Shown one piece after another: positions 10,419 to 17,459 of a stretch of DNA of 64,000 nt; positions within the stretch are counted from its first letter, which is position 1; each line of letters starts with the position of its first letter. The notes beneath the pieces were generated by a model. That model was given only the letters and a program-made list of their open reading frames with translations. It searched no databases and was not told the origin of the DNA. The translations under genes were made by a program, and so were the position numbers. The stretch lies in NCBI RefSeq assembly GCF_988243305.1, contig NZ_OZ547136.1; one strand, given 5' to 3'.

Positions 10419-12684
10419 AGCCTCCGGGCGTTTTGTCCCTCCGTCAGCATTTACCGCAGGCACCGGTAAGGCGTTTACCGGTGCTTATGCATGGAACGCG
10501 CCACGCGAGGATGTCGGGCGCGAAAGACCTCTTACACGTGACGAGATGCGTCAGGTGCAAGGTGTTTTATCCACGATTAACCGCCTGCCTTACTTTTTGC
10601 GCTCGCTGTTTACTTCACGCTATGACTACATCCGGCGCAATAAAAGCCCGGTGCACGGGTTTTATTTCCTCACATCTACTTTTCAGCGTCGTTTATGGCC
10701 GCGCATTGAGCGTGTGAATCAGCGCCATGAAATGAACACCGACGCGTCGTTGCTGTTTCTGGCAGAGCGTGACCACTATGCGCGCCTGCCGGGAATGAAT
10801 GACAAGGAGCTGAAAAAGTTTGCCGCCCGTATCTCATCGCAGCTTTTCATGATGTATGAGGAACTCTGCGATGCATGGGTTGATGCGCATGGTGAAAAAG
10901 AATCGCTGTTTACGGATGAGGCGCAGGCTCACCTGTATGGTCATGTTGCTGGCGCTGCACGTGCTTTCAATATTTCCCCGCTCTACTGGAAAAAATACCG
11001 TAAAGGACAGATGACCACGAGGCAGGCATATTCTGCCATTGCCCGCCTGTTTAACGATGAGTGGTGGATTCATCAGCTTAAAGGCCAGCGTATGCGCTGG
11101 CATGAGGCGTTACTGATAGCTGTCGGGGAGGTCAATAAAGACCGTTCTCCTTATGCCAGTAAACACGCCATTCGTGATGTGCGTGCGCGCCGCCAGGCAA
11201 ATCTGGAATTTCTTAAATCGTGTGACCTTGAAAACAGGGAAACCGGCGAGCGCATCGACCTTATCAGTAAGGTGATGGGCAGTATTTCTAATCCTGAAAT
11301 TCGCCGGATGGAGCTGATGAACACCATTGCCGGTATTGAGCGTTACGCCGCCGCAGAGGGTGATGTGGGGATGTTTATCACGCTGACCGCGCCGTCAAAG
11401 TATCACCCGACACGTCAGGTCGGAAAAGGCGAAAGTAAAACCGTTCAGCTTAATCACGGCTGGAACGATGAGGCATTTAATCCAAAGGATGCGCAGCGTT
11501 ATCTCTGCCGTATCTGGAGCCTGATGCGCACGGCATTCAAGGATAATGATTTACAGGTCTACGGTTTGCGAGTCGTCGAGCCACACCACGACGGAACGCC
11601 GCACTGGCATATGATGCTTTTTTGTCATCCACGCCAGCGTAACCAGATTATCGAAATCATGCGTCGCTATGCGCTCAAAGAGGATGGCGACGAAAGAGGA
11701 GCCGCGCGAAACCGTTTTCAGGCAAAACACCTTAACCGGGGCGGTGCTGCGGGATATATCGCGAAATACATTTCAAAAAACATCGACGGCTATGCACTGG
11801 ATGGTCAGCTCGATAACGACACCGGCAGGCCGCTGAAAGACACTGCAGCGGCTGTTACCGCATGGGCGTCAACGTGGCGCATTCCGCAATTTAAAACGGT
11901 TGGCCTGCCGACAATGGGGGCTTACCGTGAACTACGCAAATTGCCTCGCGGCGTCAGCATTGCTGATGAGTTTGACGAGCGCGTCGAGGCTGCACGCGCC
12001 GCCGCAGACGGTGGTGATTTTGCGCTGTATATCAGCGCGCAGGGCGGGGCAAATGTCCCGCGCGATTGTCAGACTGTCAGGGTCGCCCGTAGTCTGTCGG
12101 ATGACGTTAACGAGTACGAGGAAGAAGTCGAGAGAGTGGTCGGCATTTACGCGCCGCATCTCGGCGCGCGTCATATTCATATCACCAGAACGACGGACTG
12201 GCGCATTGTGCCGAAAGTTCCGGTCGTTGAGCCTTTGACTTTAAAAAGCGGCATCGCCGCGCCTCGGAGTCCTGTCAATAACTGTGGAAAGCTCACCGGT
12301 GGTGATACTTCGTTACCGGCTCCCACACCTTCTGAGCACGCCGCAGCAGTGCTTAATCTGGTTGATGACGATGTTATCGAATGGAATGACCCGGAGGTCG
12401 TGAGGGCGCTCAGGGGCGCATTAAAACACGACCGGAGAACGCCAAACCGTCAGCAAAGAAACGGAAGCCCGTTAAAACCGCATGAAATTGCACCATCGGC
12501 CAGACTGACCCGGTCGGAACGATTGCAAATTACCCGTATCCGCGTTGATCTCGCTCAGAACGGTATCAGGCCGCAACGATGGGAGCTTGAGGCGCTGGCG
12601 CGTGGCGCGACCGTAAATTATGACGGGAAACCTTTCACTTATCAGGTCGCTGATGATTGGCCGGGATTTTTGTTACCCATTTGA
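10408..12684 (+). CDS. A: P2 A-like rolling-circle replication initiation endonuclease
   Basis: Track ORF 10366..12684. The P2 gpA N-terminus MAVKASGRFVPPSAF starts at 10408. Contains the HUH-type motif EPHHDGTPHWHMMLF and the active-site YIAKYISK tyrosines. Confidence 0.93.
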   Translation: MAVKASGRFVPPSAFTAGTGKAFTGAYAWNAPREDVGRERPLTRDEMRQVQGVLSTINRLPYFLRSLFTSRYDYIRRNKSPVHGFYFLTSTFQRRLWPRIERVNQRHEMNTDASLLFLAERDHYARLPGMNDKELKKFAARISSQLFMMYEELCDAWVDAHGEKESLFTDEAQAHLYGHVAGAARAFNISPLYWKKYRKGQMTTRQAYSAIARLFNDEWWIHQLKGQRMRWHEALLIAVGEVNKDRSPYASKHAIRDVRARRQANLEFLKSCDLENRETGERIDLISKVMGSISNPEIRRMELMNTIAGIERYAAAEGDVGMFITLTAPSKYHPTRQVGKGESKTVQLNHGWNDEAFNPKDAQRYLCRIWSLMRTAFKDNDLQVYGLRVVEPHHDGTPHWHMMLFCHPRQRNQIIEIMRRYALKEDGDERGAARNRFQAKHLNRGGAAGYIAKYISKNIDGYALDGQLDNDTGRPLKDTAAAVTAWASTWRIPQFKTVGLPTMGAYRELRKLPRGVSIADEFDERVEAARAAADGGDFALYISAQGGANVPRDCQTVRVARSLSDDVNEYEEEVERVVGIYAPHLGARHIHITRTTDWRIVPKVPVVEPLTLKSGIAAPRSPVNNCGKLTGGDTSLPAPTPSEHAAAVLNLVDDDVIEWNDPEVVRALRGALKHDRRTPNRQQRNGSPLKPHEIAPSARLTRSERLQITRIRVDLAQNGIRPQRWELEALARGATVNYDGKPFTYQVADDWPGFLLPI

Positions 12685-12943
12685 GTAAAAATACAGCGTG
12701 ATTTTATATGTCTTTGAATGGATTATGCGAAACACCTCTAAGGTAGATGAGGAGCAATAGCGTGTTGAATCAGAAGGCTAAATTGTATTGAATCGTTAGC
12801 ATGTAATTGAAGGCAGCTATTTGATTCGAGTCATAAAAGAGCATCTATTTCGGTTAATAAAACCATTGCGAGTGACTTTATGTCGAAGCATAATTCATCT
12901 CGAGCGAAGTCTTGCTAGTCTTTCATCGGATTGATGACGGGCG

Positions 12944-12975
12944 CAAAAAAACCACCCTGGCAGGTGGTTTTTTTG
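12944..12975. terminator. bidirectional intrinsic terminator
   Basis: A7-ACCACC-ctggca-GGTGGT-T7. The A-run and T-run flank the stem, so it can terminate transcription from either side. Confidence 0.75.
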
Positions 12976-12986
12976 TTTGAAGCATA

Positions 12987-13100
12987 CTAAAGAAAAATAC
13001 TTACATGGATATTACTGACGTTTACTGACAAACCACTCGGACTACCATATGGATAGCCAAAGAGGGCCAGAACGAGAATGCAGTAATAGCACTTCTTCAT
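12987..13100 (-). CDS. 37-codon hydrophobic mini-ORF (candidate small membrane/toxic peptide)
   Basis: Below the track's length cut-off. The minus strand reads AGGAGG-cgat-ATG AAG AAG TGC TAT TAC TGC ATT CTC GTT CTG GCC CTC TTT GGC ... TAG, giving MKKCYYCILVLALFGYPYGSPSGLSVNVSNIHVSIFL. The bidirectional terminator lies 12 nt after its stop. Confidence 0.45.
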   Translation of the reverse strand: MKKCYYCILVLALFGYPYGSPSGLSVNVSNIHVSIFL

Positions 13101-13822
13101 ATCGCCTCCTGTAAGCAGAGGGCAATTTCCGCCGATATATGCGCTTCTAAGGCGGAGTGACTATTGAGCGAAGTCTTGCCCTGAAATAATGCTCTGTTTA
13201 AACGCAAAGTGATCTGGCATATCACCGAACAGAGGACCTGAACAACACAACATATAGTATGTCGTTGTTTCTGGTTGCATTTTATGTTGTGTAATACTGG
13301 TTTTGCATCAAGGATGTTTGAGCTTTTTTTGATATAGCTCAAAGTAAAAAGCAGAGACTACGGATGATAAGGTCTTGAAAGCAATGTAAATTTTTTAAAG
13401 TTGTGAGTGGCTAGAAATGCACAGTTTCAATATGGCGGATTTAAACAAGTAATTAAAAATAGCGACACAAATTCCAATAAAATCATTAAGTTGCGTTTTC
13501 TGTGGAAACTTCGGTGACTCTGAAATTTTCTTTTAGTATCGCTGAGGTTTAACAACTCGCTGCGCAAGTAGTTAGTGTTTTTTTTAACTCAATATTCTGA
13601 TTTATAAGGTTTTTTATAAATCGTGGGCTGGTTGCGCATATTCATCTCGTGTTATCAGCAAAGATAAGCTCTATATGCAGAACTGAATGCATATATGATG
13701 TCGAAAATGTTATGGGAAAACGTGGATTAGTGTTATAGTAATGGCTGAAAAACAGCCTTGACATAAAATAACAACTGTGATATGGCTGTGCATACTTAAC
13801 TTTTTTAACGTAGGAGGCAACC

Positions 13823-14308
13823 ATGAGCTATGCAGCTAAAAAACTGCTTGACCGCTATTGGGATCGCCGACTACCTGTCGATCCGTTTAAGCTTGCTAAA
13901 GCGTGGGGTGCTCGTGTTGAAGCACTTGAGGAATCGGCTTATAACAACGATGGGTTAAGCGGTCTGGCTGTCATCAAAAAGGGTGTCCATAGGATTTATT
14001 TTGATTCTAGTGAACATTCTAATCGTCAACGTTTTACTGTTGCACACGAGTTAGGTCATCATGTGCTGGGGCATACCCAGGACGGAGAGTACCATCGGGA
14101 TAATGTCGGGAATTATTCAACAGGTGCTCGTGATTACCGTGAGGTTGAAGCAAACAAGTTTGCTGCTGAGTTGTTAATGCCTGAGTCTGCTATACGTCAA
14201 TTGGTATCCAGAGAAGGTATTGATAGCACTTTGAGATTAGCAAGCATCTTTAATGTATCAGAAGCCGCTATGCATTGGCGCTTAAAGAGCTTAGGAATGG
14301 CTTATTAA
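13823..14308 (+). CDS. ImmA/IrrE-family (Peptidase_M78/DUF955) zinc metallopeptidase
   Basis: 161-aa track ORF with AGGAGG 5 nt upstream. HEXXH motif in FTVAHELGHHVLGH, followed by EVEANKFAAELLMPE, the characteristic third-ligand/helix block of the family. Confidence 0.85.
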   Translation: MSYAAKKLLDRYWDRRLPVDPFKLAKAWGARVEALEESAYNNDGLSGLAVIKKGVHRIYFDSSEHSNRQRFTVAHELGHHVLGHTQDGEYHRDNVGNYSTGARDYREVEANKFAAELLMPESAIRQLVSREGIDSTLRLASIFNVSEAAMHWRLKSLGMAY

Positions 14309-14335
14309 TTAGCCTTTAACTTTTAACCTGTTTAA

Positions 14336-14374
14336 AATCACCTTTACGTTTGTACATGTAAGGGTGATTTTTTT
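14336..14374 (+). terminator. hairpin plus T7 between the peptidase gene and the 2-TM gene (terminator/attenuator that covers the downstream RBS)
   Basis: AATCACCTTTA (14336-14346) pairs with TAAGGGTGATT (14359-14369) over 11 bp, including one G-U. T7 runs directly into ATG 14375. The 3' arm contains the only SD-like AAGGGTGA for the next gene. Confidence 0.6.
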
Positions 14375-14974
14375 ATGGCTGATATTGATTTATCTGGACA
14401 GTCCCCAGAGCAAGGAACCACTCCTAAGGGCGATTTAGATCCTGATATCCTTATAAGGCGAGATAGACGGGATGGTATAGAGCGTAGAAGTATGCGATTA
14501 GTGCTCTCTGCCGTTGTGCTTTGTTTTGCTTGTACATTTCTATGGCAGGGGCTTAACTTTGCTTTGGCTGTTGGAAATGGCTTGCTGGAAGCGAAAAGCA
14601 GTATTGCCGCAGCGATAACACAAAAAGTAGATACACAAACTTGTGTTTCAGCAGAAAAATGTTCTGCTTTATCTTCGGATCCGAAGATGGCTGATGAGAG
14701 GATAACACCATCTTCAGACACTAATAAAGTTAGAAAATCTATTTCTGGTTTATCCACCGATTGGTTATCGGCCAGTTCTCTAATAGCTATTGTTGCATTC
14801 ATCCTTGGTGTGGGTTTAACTTTGCTTTTGACTCTTCTTAAATCAGCATTTCAACACCCGACAGATAAAGACTTTAGAACAAAGTCGACATCTAATACTA
14901 TTGAGTTGGCCACGCCAATCAGTGAATTAATAATTGGTGTTCTGAATATAATTAAAGACAAACTATCTAAGTAA
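14375..14974 (+). CDS. hypothetical two-transmembrane-helix protein
   Basis: 199-aa track ORF. Charged N-terminus, then hydrophobic helices LVLSAVVLCFACTFLWQGLNFALAV and LIAIVAFILGVGLTLLLTLL. I recognise no family. Confidence 0.65.
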   Translation: MADIDLSGQSPEQGTTPKGDLDPDILIRRDRRDGIERRSMRLVLSAVVLCFACTFLWQGLNFALAVGNGLLEAKSSIAAAITQKVDTQTCVSAEKCSALSSDPKMADERITPSSDTNKVRKSISGLSTDWLSASSLIAIVAFILGVGLTLLLTLLKSAFQHPTDKDFRTKSTSNTIELATPISELIIGVLNIIKDKLSK

Positions 14975-15016
14975 AGCATTAGTTGTGATTTTTTATTGGT
15001 TTTAGTGATAATACAT

Positions 15017-15049
15017 CTCCAGTACTTATTGTTACTGGAGAGTATTTTT
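15017..15049. terminator. hairpin between convergent genes
   Basis: CTCCAGTA-cttattgt-TACTGGAG followed by agTATTTTT. Lies between the stops at 14974 (+) and 15057 (-). Confidence 0.65.
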
Positions 15050-15056
15050 AGTCGTT

Positions 15057-15998
15057 TTATATTTTTAATGTTAGTGAATGATATTCACGAGAGTTCACGT
15101 TCGATGTGATGTAATCGGGGGCGTTAACACCAAGAATCGCAACGAGTAATCGGCAAATTAAAGCCTGCATTTGTTGTAATATGTCATCTCCATATTGATA
15201 ATTGTTAATAGTGGTAAAGCCAAGTGGTTGACCATGAAACATAGCTTCATGAAAGTTTTCATTGCGGATGTTTGTAATGTTTTTTTTACCTGTAACCCAT
15301 GATGGTCGTGGTATTCCATAAGTTTTGCAGATCCACTTCAAGCGCCTGGAGTGATTTAGAGTCTTTTCTGTACACTTGTTCTTTTCTGCCCATGTTAAAG
15401 CAAAGCAACTATCCAGTGCCATATAAAGATACTGGAATTTTTCGAAGCTAAGGTATTGTGGGTTTTGGGATAAAAATAGTGCATGCACTATTGCTGCTAT
15501 ATTTATTGGTGCGTGTTTGGTTTTTGTCTCGCTAGACATGTATTTGAGTGCTAATTCTATAACCTCTTTTTCAGAGCACTTGACCAGAATAAAGTCAGTT
15601 AATTTGCTGGGTTTTATTGGGGTTGCGTCTAAAAAACCGGCATCAGTAGTTGTTAATCTTATCCCTTTGAAAAAAGACAGACACCACACAGCAAAATTGA
15701 GAGTTTCTAGTGAAGATGTATTTTTTAATTTTAGTGAGTGTGTTTTGGGTAAGCCAAATACTCGTTGGCTAAAAGGCATTGTGGATATGCCTCCATTGAG
15801 GTTATATACTTCTTGGTTTCCTGGGTATATCCAACCGTTAATAACATTTCTGTGATTGTTTATAAGATTTGTTTTTTCCGCTAGACCGGGTAAAGTAAGT
15901 AAAGAAAAATCATCAGTTTCAACGTTAACTTCTACTGGATAGTATCCAAACTCAGCTTCAATATCATTGGATTGCTGTTCGTCAACTTTACCTTGCAT
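15057..15998 (-). CDS. hypothetical 313-aa protein with a C-terminal HEPN-like RNxxxH motif (candidate abortive-infection RNase)
   Basis: Track ORF with GGAG 8 nt upstream of the ATG. The codons CGC AAT GAA AAC TTT CAT at 15266..15249 encode RNENFH (R245-H250) in a predicted helical C-terminal region. AT-rich codon usage unlike the rest of the prophage. Confidence 0.6.
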   Translation of the reverse strand: MQGKVDEQQSNDIEAEFGYYPVEVNVETDDFSLLTLPGLAEKTNLINNHRNVINGWIYPGNQEVYNLNGGISTMPFSQRVFGLPKTHSLKLKNTSSLETLNFAVWCLSFFKGIRLTTTDAGFLDATPIKPSKLTDFILVKCSEKEVIELALKYMSSETKTKHAPINIAAIVHALFLSQNPQYLSFEKFQYLYMALDSCFALTWAEKNKCTEKTLNHSRRLKWICKTYGIPRPSWVTGKKNITNIRNENFHEAMFHGQPLGFTTINNYQYGDDILQQMQALICRLLVAILGVNAPDYITSNVNSREYHSLTLKI

Positions 15999-16236
15999 AC
16001 ATTGCTCCGGTCAAAAATAGGCTCGATAATTCTCGTAAGCCTATCATGTTCGCAAAGTATCCATACCTGTGGATTTTGTAAATTTAAGTTGATTTGTCAT
16101 TAAATAAGCCGTTGCATGCAACAAGTGAATGTTTTTGCATGCGTCGGGGATGTCCGTTCAGGCTGCGTGCGGTCAGGACTGGTGCGGATCCATAGTATCT
16201 ATGCAACTGCATTAAAACCGCCCCATGAAGCGGGCG

Positions 16237-16255
16237 GGCGAGGCGGGGAAAGCAC
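16237..16255 (+). other. cos: P2 cos cohesive-end sequence (19 nt)
   Basis: GGCGAGGCGGGGAAAGCAC is an exact match to my recollection of the P2 cohesive end. It is located just upstream of the Q/P packaging genes, as in P2. Confidence 0.85.
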
Positions 16256-16397
16256 TGCGCGCTGGCGGTGGTGCTGATTTTATTTTTTCAGCGTCTCAGC
16301 GCGTCGTGACGGCGTTTGGATTGTGCGCCGGGGCGTTGGTGTGTCTGTGGGGTGTTTTGTGCGGTGGTGAGCGTGTGAGGGCGTGATGACGGGGTGT

Positions 16398-16419
16398 AAA
16401 AAAGCCGCCCGCAGGCGGC
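16398..16419 (-). terminator. intrinsic terminator after gene Q
   Basis: The minus strand reads GCCGCC-tgcg-GGCGGC-TTTTTT, beginning 5 nt after the Q stop. Confidence 0.8.
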
Positions 16420-16424
16420 GATGT

Positions 16425-17459
16425 TCAGCCGTTGTCGGTGTCCAGTGAGTAGTTTTTAAAGCGGATGACCTCCTGACCGAGCCAGCCGTTTATCTCGCGG
16501 ATCCTGTCCTGTAACGGGATAAGCTCATTGCGGACAAAGACCTTTGCCACTTTCTCAATATCACCCAGCGACCCGACGTTCTCCGGCTTGCCGCCCATCA
16601 ACTGAAAAGGGATGCGGTGCGCGTCCAGCAGGTCTGCGGCGCTGGCTTTTTTGATATTAAAAAAATCGTCCTTCGTTGCCACTTCACTGAGCGGGATAAT
16701 TTTAATGCCGTCGGCTTTCCCTTGCGGGGCATAGAGAAACAGATTTTTAAAGTTGTTGCGGCCTTTCGACTTCACCATGTTTTCGCGGAGCATTTCGATA
16801 TCGTTGCGATCCTGCACGGCATCAGTGACGTACATGATGTATCCGGCATGTGCGCCGTTTTCGTAATACTTGCGGCGGAACAGCGTGGCCGACTCATTCA
16901 GCCAGGCAGAGTTAAGGGCGCTGAGATATTCCGGCAGGCCATACAGCTCCTGATTAATATCCGGCTCCAGCAGGTGAAACACGGAGCCGGGCGCGAAAGG
17001 TGTCGGCTCATGGAAGGACGGCACCCACCAGTAAACATCCTCTTCCACGCCACGGCGGGTATATTTTGCCGGTGAGGTTTCCAGTCTGATGACCTTACCG
17101 GTGGTGCTGTAACGCTTTTCCAGAAACGCATTACCGAACACCAGAAAATCCAGCACAAAGCGGCTGAAATCCTGCTGGGAAAGCCACGGGTGCGGAATAA
17201 ACGTTGAAGCCAGAATATTACGTTTGACGTAAATCGGTGAGCTGTGATGTACGGCAGCACGCAGGCTTTTTGCCAGACCGGTAAAGCTGACCGGTGGCTC
17301 ATACCATCTGCCGTTACTGATGCACTCGACGTAATCCAGAATGTCACGGCGGTCGAGTACCGGCACCGGTTCACCAAAGGTGAATGCCTCCATTTTCGGG
17401 GCGCTGGCGGTCATTTTTTTTGCCGCAGGTTGCGGTGTTTTCCCTTTTTTCTTGCTCAT
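16425..17459 (-). CDS. Q: portal protein
   Basis: 344-aa track ORF, the same length and position as P2 gpQ. Adjacent to cos and coupled to P. Confidence 0.93.
   Translation of the reverse strand: MSKKKGKTPQPAAKKMTASAPKMEAFTFGEPVPVLDRRDILDYVECISNGRWYEPPVSFTGLAKSLRAAVHHSSPIYVKRNILASTFIPHPWLSQQDFSRFVLDFLVFGNAFLEKRYSTTGKVIRLETSPAKYTRRGVEEDVYWWVPSFHEPTPFAPGSVFHLLEPDINQELYGLPEYLSALNSAWLNESATLFRRKYYENGAHAGYIMYVTDAVQDRNDIEMLRENMVKSKGRNNFKNLFLYAPQGKADGIKIIPLSEVATKDDFFNIKKASAADLLDAHRIPFQLMGGKPENVGSLGDIEKVAKVFVRNELIPLQDRIREINGWLGQEVIRFKNYSLDTDNG

Noticed and set aside
13097-13342. 81-aa minus-strand ORF in the AT-rich hotspot
   Set aside because: It has no Shine-Dalgarno sequence. It overlaps the putative 5' UTR and start of the much better supported 37-codon mini-ORF in another frame. 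Its composition looks random. It was kept only as part of the ORF-poor-region observation.
14344-14802. 152-aa minus-strand ORF opposite the 2-TM protein gene
   Set aside because: It is fully antisense to an ORF that has clear TM helices and a coupled upstream gene. It has no RBS, and its start lies inside the other gene.
12685-16236. Looked for retron (RT plus msr/msd), Old (ATPase-TOPRIM) or Tin homologues in the hotspot
   Set aside because: There is no reverse-transcriptase-sized ORF with a YxDD motif and no Walker-A ATPase, and nothing resembles P2 Old or Tin as I recall them. The locus was therefore left as an unassigned candidate system.
16260-16400. G/T-rich tract with recurring GGTG/GTGTG motifs next to cos, considered as a possible repeat array
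   Set aside because: It has no regular period or spacer structure. It lies where P2 has its conserved cos-flanking terminase recognition region, so it was treated as part of the packaging site.
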